Shown in pieces: positions 17,640 to 29,226 of a stretch of 64,000 nt of DNA. The notes beneath the pieces were generated by a model. That model ran no database searches. It worked only from the letters and a program-made list of their open reading frames with translations, and was not told the DNA's origin. Within the stretch, counting starts at the first letter, position 1; each line of letters starts with the position of its first letter. The stretch is from Verrucomicrobiota bacterium (GTDB taxonomy: Bacteria > Verrucomicrobiota > Verrucomicrobiia > CAIQCK01). The translations under genes and the position numbers were made by a program. The stretch lies in assembly GCA_016222825.1 (NCBI GenBank), contig JACRQF010000005.1:73511-137510 (forward strand). The letters are read 5' to 3'.

Positions 17640-18206
17640 CTAAACGGTCATGATGTCTTTTTCCTTCAAGCCGAGGTGGCGTTCGATCTCGGCGACGTAT
17701 TGGTCGGTCAGCTTCTGGACTTCCTTCTCAGCCGTAGCCAGTTCGTCCTCGGTGATCTTGCCGTCCTTCTGGGTCTTCTTGACGGCATCGAGGCCCTCGC
17801 GGCGCTCGTTGCGGATGGCGACGCGGCTGTTCTCGGCGATGCGGTGGGCGTTTTTAACATTTTGCCTGCGCCCTTCCTCGCTTGGCTGGGGAAGGAAGAT
17901 ACGAATCACCTTGCCGTCCACGCGTGGTGTGGCGCCGAGGTTGGCTTTCAACAGCGCTTTTTCGATCGGCTGGACGTTACTCGCGTCCCACGGCTGGATA
18001 GAGATGGTCCGGGCGTCGGGCGTGGAGATGCCGGCAACGTCCTTCAGGCGCATCATGGTGCCGTAGGTCTCGATCTGGATGTTCTCCACTTGTGACACGG
18101 AGGCGCGGCCCGTGTGGATGGCGGCCAGTTCACGTTCGAAGACCTCGACGGTCTTGAGCATCTTCTCTTCGGTTTCCAGCAGGATTTCGTCAACGCATTC
18201 TGGCAT
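17640..18206 (-). CDS. frr: Ribosome recycling factor
   Basis: Full-length RRF similarity (...IHTGRASVSQVENIQIETYG...). Confidence 0.93.
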   Translation of the reverse strand: MPECVDEILLETEEKMLKTVEVFERELAAIHTGRASVSQVENIQIETYGTMMRLKDVAGISTPDARTISIQPWDASNVQPIEKALLKANLGATPRVDGKVIRIFLPQPSEEGRRQNVKNAHRIAENSRVAIRNERREGLDAVKKTQKDGKITEDELATAEKEVQKLTDQYVAEIERHLGLKEKDIMTV

Positions 18207-18210
18207 GGCA

Positions 18211-19580
<1,370 letters not shown>

Positions 19581-19634
19581 GGTCTTGCACTTGAATGATT
19601 GTTGATGACGAAAACAGTTTGACGCAGCCAGGCG

Positions 19635-20423
19635 CTAGGCGCTGGCAGCGGGCGCTTCCGGGGCGGGCGTCGCCTCGACGGCGGCGGGGGCTGCGGCAGC
19701 GGGTGCGGGCAGGTTCGCGCCAAGCTCCACGAGCGCTTCAACGACCGGCTCGGTGAGGCTGTGGACGATAAGCTTGATCGCGCGGATGGCGTCGTCGTTG
19801 GACGGAATTGGATACTGGACGCGGTCGGGGTCGCAGTTGGTGTCCACGATAGCCACCACGGGGATGCCGAGGCGGTTGGCCTCATGAATGGCGTTTTCCT
19901 CGCGCTTGATGTCTATGACTACCATCGCGGCCGGATGCTTCTCCATGTTGACGATGCCGTCGAGGTTCTTGTGGAGCCGGGCGGCCTCGCGCCGCATCGA
20001 GGAGACTTCCTTTTTGTGCATCCTGGCCATCTCGCCGCTGGTTTCGAGGCCCACGATGTAAAGGAGCCGTTTCACGCTGCGGCGAATGGTAACGAGATTG
20101 GTGAGAGTGCCGCCGACCCATCGCTCCGTGACGGAGAACATCTGCGTGGAGGTGGCGGCTTCGCGAATGGCCTCCTGGGCCTGTTTCTTTGTGCCGACCC
20201 AGAGAATCTTGCCGCCCTTGAGAGTGGTCTTACGGAGGAACTCACAGGCTTCCTGCAACAACTCCGCGCTCTTGGCGAGATCAATCACATGGATGCCATT
20301 GCGTGCCTCGAAGATGTATTGCTTCATCTTCGGGTTCCAGCGCTTGGTCTGGTGACCAAAATGGCATCCTGCTTCCAACAAGTCTTTAATCGTAGCGGCC
20401 AATGTATCCTCCGACTGTATCAT
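19635..20423 (-). CDS. rpsB: 30S ribosomal protein S2
   Basis: LLEAGCHFGHQTKRWNPKM... S2 signature; begins the rpsB-tsf-pyrH-frr operon. Confidence 0.93.
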   Translation of the reverse strand: MIQSEDTLAATIKDLLEAGCHFGHQTKRWNPKMKQYIFEARNGIHVIDLAKSAELLQEACEFLRKTTLKGGKILWVGTKKQAQEAIREAATSTQMFSVTERWVGGTLTNLVTIRRSVKRLLYIVGLETSGEMARMHKKEVSSMRREAARLHKNLDGIVNMEKHPAAMVVIDIKREENAIHEANRLGIPVVAIVDTNCDPDRVQYPIPSNDDAIRAIKLIVHSLTEPVVEALVELGANLPAPAAAAPAAVEATPAPEAPAASA

Positions 20424-20700
20424 CCCGTCGCGCCGGTCGCGCCGCGGGACACCCGGGCATTATTGCCGAGGTTCTGGTTGTTGTTATTATGTCCCGTAGT
20501 GGCGCACGGCGTCACGCGGGGACGTTCAGAGCGGGCTACTCTAGGCATTCGCGCCGTCCATGCAAGCAGTTTTTCGGGAAAAACAAACCTTCAAATTGCG
20601 CCAAAAGTAGGAGCGATTTGCTCTTGAGTCGGCCTGCCCCGCCGCCTAGCCTCGCGCCCGTCGTTCTTGAGTCATTGAGTTTCAACAGAAGGAAAACAAC

Positions 20701-22053
20701 ATGCAGACCAGTCGCCGGACTTTTCTCAAGCAGATCGCCGCTTCCACCACCGTCGCACCATTCATCCTCCCCTCCCACATCTGGGCAGCGGAAACAAAAC
20801 CGAACTCAAAGCTGACGATGGGCTTCATCGGTATGGGCAAGCAGTCGCGCGGCCTGCTCGGCGGCTTCCTCGGCCAAGACACGCAGGTGCTGGCCGTGTG
20901 CGACGTGGACACCACCCGCCGCGAGAACGCCAAGAAGCGCGTGGACGATTACTATGCCCAGCGGCCGGAACTGAAGGTCACCGGCAGTTGCGCAGCCTAC
21001 AACGATTTCCGCGAGATCATCGCCCGCAAGGACATTGACGCGGTTTGCATTGCGACGCCGGATCATTGGCACGCCATCATCACGATCGCGGCGTTGCGTG
21101 CCGGCAAGGATGTGTATTGCGAGAAGCCGCTAACTCAGAACATCCACGAGGCCATCGAGGTAATGCGCGCAGTGAACAAGAACAGGCGCGTGCTCCAGAC
21201 CGGCTCGATGCAGCGTTCGAGCAAGGAGTTCCGCGTCGCCTGCGAGTTGGTGCAGAACGGCGCCATCGGAAAGTTGACGCATGTGGAGTGTAGTTTCGGC
21301 GACCCGGCCATTCGGTGCGATCTGCCGGAGGAGCCGATGGAGCCGGGTTTGGACTGGAATTTCTGGCTCGGCCCGGCGCAGATACGTCCTTACAATTCCA
21401 TCCTCAGCCCGCGCGGCATGCACGACCATTTCCCGTCGTGGCGCAAATACATCGAATTCGGCGGCGGCATGGTTACCGACTGGGGCGCGCATCATCTGGA
21501 CATCGCCCAATGGGGCCTCGGCATGGACAACAGCGGCCCGGTGGAGGTGTTGCCGCCCGCGACGGCCGGCGCCAAGCGCGGCGCGAAACTGGTCTATGCC
21601 AACGGCGTGACTGTTGAGCACAAGGAAGGTTTCGGCGTCCACTTCTACGGCACCGAGGGTGAGGTGCAGGTCAACCGCGGCAAGTTCACCATGAAGCGCG
21701 GCAGCGAGATGATCGCCTCCTACACCGGCGACAAGAAGAAGGAAGCGGACAAGAAAACCTCCTGCATGGCGCAGGTGCAGATCGCCGAGAAGCAGTTCCT
21801 GAAGGACGCCAAAATCAAGCTCTACGAAAGCAAGAGCCACCTCGGCGACTTCCTGGATTGCGTGAAGTCCCGGAAGAAGCCGATCACCAGCGAGATTGTG
21901 GGCGGACACTCCGTCATCTGCTGCCATCTGATGAACCTGGCCTATCTCAACAGCCAGAAGATCAAATGGGATCCGAAGAAATTCGCGTTTACCGACGGCA
22001 CCGGCGACCCGAAGTGGCTCACGCGCGACTACCGCGGCCCGTGGAAGGTGTAA
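20701..22053 (+). CDS. Gfo/Idh/MocA-family NAD(P)-dependent oxidoreductase with Tat signal
   Basis: MQTSRRTFLKQIAAST twin-arginine leader; Rossmann GFIGMGKQS; family-typical C-terminal domain. Confidence 0.85.
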   Translation: MQTSRRTFLKQIAASTTVAPFILPSHIWAAETKPNSKLTMGFIGMGKQSRGLLGGFLGQDTQVLAVCDVDTTRRENAKKRVDDYYAQRPELKVTGSCAAYNDFREIIARKDIDAVCIATPDHWHAIITIAALRAGKDVYCEKPLTQNIHEAIEVMRAVNKNRRVLQTGSMQRSSKEFRVACELVQNGAIGKLTHVECSFGDPAIRCDLPEEPMEPGLDWNFWLGPAQIRPYNSILSPRGMHDHFPSWRKYIEFGGGMVTDWGAHHLDIAQWGLGMDNSGPVEVLPPATAGAKRGAKLVYANGVTVEHKEGFGVHFYGTEGEVQVNRGKFTMKRGSEMIASYTGDKKKEADKKTSCMAQVQIAEKQFLKDAKIKLYESKSHLGDFLDCVKSRKKPITSEIVGGHSVICCHLMNLAYLNSQKIKWDPKKFAFTDGTGDPKWLTRDYRGPWKV

Positions 22054-22066
22054 ACCTTCCCGCAAA

Positions 22067-23602
22067 TCATTTCTTCGCAGGGCACTGCCAAACCCAATCG
22101 CCTTGGGCATTGTCGCCTTTCGCGTCGGGCACGCCTCCGTCGTCTTTCTCGTTCCAACCGATGGAATAGAGGACGTAACCATCACCAGCGCGCCGATACT
22201 TCAGCGGCTCGCCAGTGATGACGTCATGCGGCAGCTTCGCGACAAACCGCGGCACGAGCGCGTCAAGCGAATCGGGGAACTTCCCGTTCGTAAGCCGGCA
22301 TCGCTCCAACGCGCAGGCCAGCACGGCCTCATCCATCGTCGTTTGTGCTTGGGCGCTCCTCTTGGTAATCGGGACGATGGCTGGCAACAACAAGCGGACG
22401 AGAACCTGGTGCTTCCAGATGGCTGAGAGTCCGTCTTTCTCAAATTCTCTTTCGCTTTGGCTGACGCGCTGCGGATAAACCCGTCGAGCGACCATATCAA
22501 GAACCAGCAGGAGTGATTCATCAAAAATGCGGTGGTAGCTGAGTTGCTCAAAGTCGAGCCAGCCGGTGGGAATCATGGCAGAGATGAGACTGCCTGTGGT
22601 TGATGCCGGCGACGACCATTCGCCCAAGTTCTGTAACATGGCGAGCAGTCTTGTGCGTGGCAGTTTCTTCAAATAGTCGAACATCGCGTTGCCGAAGCCG
22701 GCGCGCTCCGCTTGAAGCGCGTCCCATGCGCCAGCCAGGCAGTCTGCATTTTGAAACCGTCTTTGGAGCGACTGGAGTTGGGCGTCGGACCATTGATGGT
22801 TTGCCAAACCTTCCCAAGCAACTTGTGTTGCCATATCCAGTATATTTGCCGCAACCAGATGGCCGATCAGAAAGTCTTTCTTCGTGGTGCCGGCCATGTA
22901 GAACAGCAATTCCAAGTCCGCCATCGCCTGTTCAGCATGGCCGGCCGCAAGTTCCGCAGACGCCCGAAGCGCCAGAACCCGGCAAACGTTCCTGAGCGGC
23001 GTGATGTGTGGAAGTATTATTGCAGCCGGGTTCTCGGTCGCGTAGTTCAGGTTGAAGCGGCAATAGGGCCGGCGACTCGCCGTGCGCAGTTCTTCGATAA
23101 CCGGCTCGTATGATTTCAGCGCAGTCAGCACGACAGGCGCGGCCGCGGCCCGTTCCGGAGCGGAGCGTGGTTGTGCTTTCGCCGCGACTTGATCATTGCC
23201 CGGCGGTTTCTGCATCGCGTCGCGCCATGCCACCAGATCAATGCATTCACCCTTGATCCTACCGCTGAACTTCATAGAAGGCAGCGACTTCGCGAAGTCC
23301 TGCGCACGCTTGAGTGCATCCGTCTCGCGCAGCTTGCCGGTGGCCGGGTCGAAGTCCTGCAACGGCGCAAGGAACGGCGTCATGGCAAAGTTTTGGTCGT
23401 CGGGCACGCGCGGCGGAATGAACGCGGCCCAATCCAACTTTACTCCTTTGGCTTCCAACTCGCGCTTGTAGGCGTTCCACGCCCGCTCGCCGCGCCAGTT
23501 CTCCTCGACATGGAAGAGGACGAACAACGTCACGACGCAAGCGAGCGCAAACAGGAATCGGCCGAGCCATTTCGTAGGCTTGGATCTTGCGGGGGTGTTC
23601 AT
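22067..23602 (-). CDS. Membrane-anchored hypothetical protein (511 aa) downstream of the ECF sigma/anti-sigma pair
   Basis: N-terminal TM (WLGRFLFALACVVTLFVLF); no recognisable family; operonic with 23632 and 24030. Confidence 0.5.
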   Translation of the reverse strand: MNTPARSKPTKWLGRFLFALACVVTLFVLFHVEENWRGERAWNAYKRELEAKGVKLDWAAFIPPRVPDDQNFAMTPFLAPLQDFDPATGKLRETDALKRAQDFAKSLPSMKFSGRIKGECIDLVAWRDAMQKPPGNDQVAAKAQPRSAPERAAAAPVVLTALKSYEPVIEELRTASRRPYCRFNLNYATENPAAIILPHITPLRNVCRVLALRASAELAAGHAEQAMADLELLFYMAGTTKKDFLIGHLVAANILDMATQVAWEGLANHQWSDAQLQSLQRRFQNADCLAGAWDALQAERAGFGNAMFDYLKKLPRTRLLAMLQNLGEWSSPASTTGSLISAMIPTGWLDFEQLSYHRIFDESLLLVLDMVARRVYPQRVSQSEREFEKDGLSAIWKHQVLVRLLLPAIVPITKRSAQAQTTMDEAVLACALERCRLTNGKFPDSLDALVPRFVAKLPHDVITGEPLKYRRAGDGYVLYSIGWNEKDDGGVPDAKGDNAQGDWVWQCPAKK

Positions 23603-23631
23603 GGGGTTTTCCTTTTGGTTTGGCGGTGCTG

Positions 23632-24033
23632 TTACGCGCTGGCTGGCGACATTAGGAGTTCACTGCGTGGTCCCGCAGACTTTGACTTCTGTGGAGCGGT
23701 TGTTTCGGCGGAGAGGTTGAGGAGCGCAGCCAACTCCCGGCGCTGCTCGGCGAAACGCAGCATCGTCTCGCGCGGCGAAGGTGTTTGCTGAGCAACGAGC
23801 GATGGCACGGCAGGCGTTAGCGTGTGAAGGATGGCGATAATCACCCATGCCGCGGCGAGGCTGGCCCATGCTATCGGGCGTGGCCAGAGTAGTTTCCGCC
23901 ACCACGCCAACCTTGGCATCGGTTCCGGCGCCGCGGCGAGCCGCGCTTCCCGCAGCATCTGCGCCCGCCACTCCGCAGGGATGGCGCGCATCGGCTGCCG
24001 CTTCAGTTTCTTCTCAAAGTCGTCGCTGTTCAT
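23632..24033 (-). CDS. Putative anti-sigma factor (single TM)
   Basis: 133 aa; central TM (WASLAAAWVIIAILHTL); 4-nt overlap with the ECF sigma gene. Confidence 0.5.
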   Translation of the reverse strand: MNSDDFEKKLKRQPMRAIPAEWRAQMLREARLAAAPEPMPRLAWWRKLLWPRPIAWASLAAAWVIIAILHTLTPAVPSLVAQQTPSPRETMLRFAEQRRELAALLNLSAETTAPQKSKSAGPRSELLMSPASA

Positions 24034-24542
24034 TTCAGTTCCTCGTAGATAGGACGCAGCCGGTCACGCAATTTGTCTATCGCGTAGCGGTAGCGGCTGG
24101 CGGCAGTGTTGGGTGGGATGCCAAGCTGAGTGGCGATTTCCTCGAACGTCAGCCCCTCCCAGAGCTTCAAGTGCGCCACGGCGCGCTGCTCCGGCGGCAG
24201 TTCACCGAGTGCAGCCGTCAGCGCGTCACGAAATGCCTGCTCGTCCGGCGACGCGGCCGGCTCGAAGAGATGAAGCGACTCGGCGGCAAGCTGGTCGTAG
24301 TTCCTCTGGCGCGTCCCACGCCGGCGCATCAGGTCAATCGCCGCGTTGTGCGCGAGCCGGATCAGGAACGCTCGCTCATCGCGCACGCCGTCGAGCAGCG
24401 CCGGCTGCCGCGCCAGTTTCACGAACACCTCCTGCAACACATCCCGCGTGTCGGCTTCGTTGCGGGTGAAGTTCAGCAGGAAGCCGAACAATGCCTGCGC
24501 GTGGTCGTCGTAGAGGTGGGCCAAATGGTCATCCGGCGGCAT
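24030..24542 (-). CDS. ECF-type RNA polymerase sigma-70 factor
   Basis: Region 2 and region 4 motifs (LIRLAHNAAIDLMRRR; LPPEQRAVAHLKLWEGLTFEEIATQLGIPPNTAASRYRYA). The ATG is at M11 of the ORF track. Confidence 0.85.
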   Translation of the reverse strand: MPPDDHLAHLYDDHAQALFGFLLNFTRNEADTRDVLQEVFVKLARQPALLDGVRDERAFLIRLAHNAAIDLMRRRGTRQRNYDQLAAESLHLFEPAASPDEQAFRDALTAALGELPPEQRAVAHLKLWEGLTFEEIATQLGIPPNTAASRYRYAIDKLRDRLRPIYEELK

Positions 24543-24707
24543 GTTCCCAGTAATGACGCCGCAGCCTCGCAACTTTGTCTAGCGAATGTTTGCACAGAAG
24601 AATTTCACGATATCCGCGCTGGCGTGCGGAGGACGGATGCGGTAAATACCAAGCCCGCCGCCGCGGCGAGTCGCGGCGTGACGTGAAGAATGTTGAGGAA
24701 CTCTGAC

Positions 24708-25451
24708 ATGAAACACTACGTCGAAGACAAGGCCATCATCATTACTGGCGGTTCGAGCGGCTTCGGGTTGGAGGCGGCCCGGCTGCTGCTGGAAATGGGA
24801 GCGAAGGTCATCATTACCGGCCGCGACGCGAAGCGGCTCAAGGCGGCTGAAAAGTCGCTCGGCGGCGGGAAGCGGATGCTGGCGGCGCAGGCGGACGCAA
24901 CATCAACAGCGGACTGGAAGCGGTTGATGCAGACGGTCGTGGACCGGTTCGGCGGACTGGACGTGCTCATCAACAACCACGGCGCGGGCGTGAAGATCGC
25001 GCCAGTGCAGGACTTGAGCGACGAGGAAATCCGGGAAGTGCTGGAGGTGAACATCACGTCGGTCATTATCGGTTGCCGCGAGGCGGTGCGGGTGATGCGA
25101 CCGCGCGGACGCGGGTTGATCGTGAACGTCTCCAGCGGTTGCGCGTATCACGCGTGGGGTAACTGGGCGGTCTATACGGCCGCGAAGGACGGAATGGTCG
25201 GCTTCACGCGCTGTCTGCACCGCGAGATGGCCGAGTGGGGCGGCAAGGCGGCGAGCTTCGTGCCGGGCGCGGCGAAGACGAACTTCTGTGCGGCGGCGAA
25301 GATAGACGACAGTTGGCAGGAAGGCTACCCGGACGCGGCGGACTTCGCGCGGACGCTGGTGCATTGCGTGGATGTGCCCGACAATTGCGTGATCGAAGAG
25401 GTCAACATCTGGGGCACGAAGCAGGTAAAGGACATGCTCAATCCGTATTGA
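24708..25451 (+). CDS. Short-chain dehydrogenase/reductase (SDR) family oxidoreductase
   Basis: TGGSSGFG...NNHG...Y...K SDR motifs. Confidence 0.85.
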   Translation: MKHYVEDKAIIITGGSSGFGLEAARLLLEMGAKVIITGRDAKRLKAAEKSLGGGKRMLAAQADATSTADWKRLMQTVVDRFGGLDVLINNHGAGVKIAPVQDLSDEEIREVLEVNITSVIIGCREAVRVMRPRGRGLIVNVSSGCAYHAWGNWAVYTAAKDGMVGFTRCLHREMAEWGGKAASFVPGAAKTNFCAAAKIDDSWQEGYPDAADFARTLVHCVDVPDNCVIEEVNIWGTKQVKDMLNPY

Positions 25452-25482
25452 GCGGCGAGCCTTTGAAGCCGGCGAAAGCGTT

Positions 25483-26424
25483 ATGCATCGGACAATCCTG
25501 ATATGGCTAGCCGCGCTCGCCAGCGTCGTGGCGGTTGCTGGTGAAGCTCGCTCGCACAAGATGCTCCTGATGGACGAGTCGCGCAGCCGCATGCACTACG
25601 TGAACCTCGACGACGCGTCGAAGAACTGGGAGATCGTTTTTCCGAAGCGTTACCGCGATGTGCAACTCATCGGGAACCGGCGGCTGCTCGTCAGCAGCGA
25701 CTCCGGCTTCTGCGAGTATGATTGGGACACGCGCAAGCTGGTGGCAGAGTGCCGCGATGCGCGCATGGCCGGCAGCGAGTCAGTGCGGCGGTTGCCCGAC
25801 GGCCGCACGATCGTTGGCTGCAACAAGCGGAACGCCGACAAGACGACCGCCATCGTCTTCCACGAGCTGGACAAGGCCAACAAGCCGCTCCGCACGGCGA
25901 CGTTTGACGGCTTGAACACGCTGCGGCTCTTCCGGCTTAGCAGCAAAGGCACGCTCCTCTTCGGCGCGAACAAGACCTTCATCTTCGAAGCCGACCTCGA
26001 CGGCAAAATCCTGCGCAAGATTGAGATCAAGGACGGCGGGCATTTCTACCACGTCGCCGAAATGCGCGACGGCCATCTGCTCGCGGCCAGCGGCTACGGC
26101 GGGTTCATTGTGGAACTTGACGCCAAAGGCAAGGAACTCAAGCGCTGGGGCGGCAAGCCCGGCCCGCCGGGGATGGGCTTCTTTTTCTTCGGAGCGACGC
26201 AGGTATTGAAAGACGGCCGGATTGTCGTCGCGAACTGGACCGGCCACGGCGAGCGGGACAGCGAGAAGGGACATCAGGTGTTGATGTTCGCGCCGGACGG
26301 CAAGCTGCTCTGGAGCTGGCACAACCCGAAGCTGGCCGGCACCATTCACCGCGCGACCGTGCTGGATGATCTCGATGTAGCCGCGCCGTTTGAGGAGCGG
26401 CCGGCCGGTTCCAAAGACCCGTGA
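25483..26424 (+). CDS. Secreted hypothetical beta-propeller-like protein, paralog of 7799..8680
   Basis: Signal peptide MHRTILIWLAALASVVAVAG; shared C-terminal WSWHNPKLAGT motif. Confidence 0.6.
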   Translation: MHRTILIWLAALASVVAVAGEARSHKMLLMDESRSRMHYVNLDDASKNWEIVFPKRYRDVQLIGNRRLLVSSDSGFCEYDWDTRKLVAECRDARMAGSESVRRLPDGRTIVGCNKRNADKTTAIVFHELDKANKPLRTATFDGLNTLRLFRLSSKGTLLFGANKTFIFEADLDGKILRKIEIKDGGHFYHVAEMRDGHLLAASGYGGFIVELDAKGKELKRWGGKPGPPGMGFFFFGATQVLKDGRIVVANWTGHGERDSEKGHQVLMFAPDGKLLWSWHNPKLAGTIHRATVLDDLDVAAPFEERPAGSKDP

Positions 26425-29186
26425 GCCTCTTGCACCGCCGACTCGCTATTTGGTTTGGCCTCGCTTGCGCGGCGCTGGCGATTCAGTTCCAAACCGAGGC
26501 GGCGGAGAACATCTCGCGTCCCATTTACACGAAGCAGGCTTCGTGGGCCGAGACGATGGTGGCGTCGAGTCGGGTGTTTGCGGAATTCAGCCGCCAGCCG
26601 GAGTGCAACGAGAAGGCGGTGAGAGACCTGCGCCGAGGTCTGCTGCGCGATTTCCCGGCGGCGACGACGAGCTTCATCAACATCAACGGCCACGACTTCG
26701 CCGCGTGGCTGGCAAAACCAGATACGGTTGCGTTTGCGGTGCGGCTGAAAGCGCGGCTGCGCGGCGCGACGGAAGAACCGTATGCGAGCTTCCTACGCGA
26801 ACTCGACACGCTGGGCTTGCTTTCCGGATCGGACGCGGTGCTGAAAGTGCTCAGCAGCTTCGAGAAACTGGTTCAACAAGTGGAAGCGCGGAACCGGCGC
26901 GGACTGCCGCCCATCGCGTTCGTGAAGCGCAGCGAGCACGGACTTCGCGGGACCAACGCCACGATGTTCTCCCATCGCACGACCCGCGGCTCGATGGTCT
27001 GCATGTTTGATCCAAACGACGCGGCGAAGGGCCACCGGGTGTTGCTGGAGACGAAGGAGGGTTTTGTCTGGGATCTCAGTCCATCCTATGACGGCACGCG
27101 GCTGCTGCTGAGCTACAAGGAGAGGAACGACGATCCGTTCAGCGTCTGGGAGATTGGCGCGAACGGCAGCGGGCTGCGGCGGCTCACCGACGGCAGGTTT
27201 CACGACTTCAACCCGGTTTATTATCCCGACGGGCGTATTGTGTTCTGCTCGTCGCGCGTGGAGTCGTATTCGCTCTGCCAGGATTTCCTGGCGTGCGCGC
27301 TGCACATCATGGATGTCGACGGGTCGAACCTGCGGCGGATTGACTACACGACGTTGTGCAGCAACGTGCCCGCCATCCTGCCCGACGGCTCGATCATCTG
27401 CACGCGATGGGAATATCAGGACAAGAACATCTTCTCGTGGCAGGGCCTCTGGACGATCAATCCTGACGGCCGGCAACTGAAGCTTTACTTCGGCAACACC
27501 ATCACTGTCCCGAATTCGCGCTACGGTGCCAAGCCCGTCCCCGGCACCGGCAAGGTGCTCATCACGATGGCAGCGCATCATCATCCGCCCGTGGGCGACG
27601 TGGCATTGGTGGACCGCAGTCTTGGCGTTGAGAATCCCGCCGCAATGACGCAGATCACGCACGCCACGAGCTACGAGGTCCATCAGGGCCGTGACTGGCA
27701 GGAAATCAATTGGCGTCCCGGTGACATCTTCTTCCCCGAGGCCTGCGCCGACCCGATGCCGCTTGACGACAAGCGATTCCTTGTTTCATTCGCTGGCGAC
27801 CGCGGCATGCGACACCGCATCTACTTGTTCGACTACTACGGCATCGGCGGTGTGTTGATCGAGGACGCGGCGCTTTCTTGTTTCAGCGCTGTGCCGCTGG
27901 AGGTGCGCGTGAAACCGCCGGCTATCGTCGGGCAGGCGCCGGTGGAGAGCTGCGAGGGCACGTTCTTCGTGCAGGACGTCTATCATGGGCTGCTAGAGCA
28001 AGGAGTCCAGCGCGGACAGGTGAAGGAATTGCGCGTCGTGCGCATTCTGCCGAAGAAGTGGAACACCGAAGGCCCACGCTACCACGACCACTACCCCATC
28101 GTCGGCCACGGCAGCTACTACGTGAAGGAGAACCTCGGCAGCGTGCCGGTGTATGACGACGGCTCGGTTTATTTTCGCGCGCCGTCGAACTGCGAACTCT
28201 ACTTCATCGCCCTCGACAAGGACGGCAAGGAAGTGCAGCGGATGGGATCGGTGACGCAGATCACCACCGGCGAGGAAGTCGGCTGCGCGGGCTGCCACGA
28301 CAACCGCCAGTCCGCGCCGCCGTTGCAGCCGCCCAAGGCCGCCCGCTGGCAGCGCGCGCCTGACACAATCCGGCCGCCACCGTGGGGCGCAGGATCGTTT
28401 GATTACGTCCGCCACGTGCAACCAGTCCTCGACCGCTACTGCGCGAAGTGCCACGAAGGTCGAGCTCCCGCTGCCAATCTCGACTTCTCCGGCGACAAGA
28501 CTCGCTTCTTTAACATGTCCTACGAGTCGCTGGTCACGCGCGGTTGGGTGGAACACTACTTCATCAACCCCGGCCCAACCGGCGTCTTTCCCGCGCTCAA
28601 GACCGGCTCGGCGGTGAGCAAGCTCACGCAGTTGATCGAGAGCGGCCACGGCGGGCGCGTGGCGATGGACGACGAGAGCCGGCGGCGCATCTACGCATGG
28701 ATTGATTCCAACGCGCAGTATTACGCGACGTGGGACATGAGCCGGCCACACACGGTGGGCGGGCGCGACCCATGGACGTTCTGCGAGGGCGACAAACGCG
28801 GGCCGTTGCGGCTGGAGCTGTGGATGGAGCGGCTGGAAAAGGCTTTCGCTGAAAGTGGTTGCATCACCTGCCACCGGCCGATTGCCAACGATGGCAGGGA
28901 TAGGATTGGCCATGGCCACGAATACAACGCCAAGATCAACCTCACGCGACCGGAGTTCAGCCGGCTGCTGAACGCGCATCTCAGCAAGGGTGTCGGCGGC
29001 CTCGGCATCACTGGCAAACGCCGCGGACAGGACGCGCCGGAGTTCACAAACACCGACGACCCGCGTTACCGCGCGATGCTGGAGGCCATCGTCGCTGGCA
29101 AAGCCGCGCTTGAAGCCCGACCGCGCATGGACATGCCCGGCGGTAATGCCGTGCCGCAGACGCGCGACTTTGGGAAGGTTTTTTAG
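26421..29186 (+). CDS. Large secreted protein with TolB-like beta-propeller and three CxxCH motifs in a PSCyt-like region; paralog of the central part of 11045..15019
   Basis: 921 aa with GTG start. GCAGCHDNRQ, VQPVLDRYCAKCHEGR, GCITCHRP. DGRIVFCSSR...DGSIICTRWEY propeller repeats. Confidence 0.7.
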   Translation: MSLLHRRLAIWFGLACAALAIQFQTEAAENISRPIYTKQASWAETMVASSRVFAEFSRQPECNEKAVRDLRRGLLRDFPAATTSFININGHDFAAWLAKPDTVAFAVRLKARLRGATEEPYASFLRELDTLGLLSGSDAVLKVLSSFEKLVQQVEARNRRGLPPIAFVKRSEHGLRGTNATMFSHRTTRGSMVCMFDPNDAAKGHRVLLETKEGFVWDLSPSYDGTRLLLSYKERNDDPFSVWEIGANGSGLRRLTDGRFHDFNPVYYPDGRIVFCSSRVESYSLCQDFLACALHIMDVDGSNLRRIDYTTLCSNVPAILPDGSIICTRWEYQDKNIFSWQGLWTINPDGRQLKLYFGNTITVPNSRYGAKPVPGTGKVLITMAAHHHPPVGDVALVDRSLGVENPAAMTQITHATSYEVHQGRDWQEINWRPGDIFFPEACADPMPLDDKRFLVSFAGDRGMRHRIYLFDYYGIGGVLIEDAALSCFSAVPLEVRVKPPAIVGQAPVESCEGTFFVQDVYHGLLEQGVQRGQVKELRVVRILPKKWNTEGPRYHDHYPIVGHGSYYVKENLGSVPVYDDGSVYFRAPSNCELYFIALDKDGKEVQRMGSVTQITTGEEVGCAGCHDNRQSAPPLQPPKAARWQRAPDTIRPPPWGAGSFDYVRHVQPVLDRYCAKCHEGRAPAANLDFSGDKTRFFNMSYESLVTRGWVEHYFINPGPTGVFPALKTGSAVSKLTQLIESGHGGRVAMDDESRRRIYAWIDSNAQYYATWDMSRPHTVGGRDPWTFCEGDKRGPLRLELWMERLEKAFAESGCITCHRPIANDGRDRIGHGHEYNAKINLTRPEFSRLLNAHLSKGVGGLGITGKRRGQDAPEFTNTDDPRYRAMLEAIVAGKAALEARPRMDMPGGNAVPQTRDFGKVF

Positions 29187-29226
29187 CGGCAGTTCTGGTA
29201 ACAAGAAGGAGCAAAGGACTGGCTCT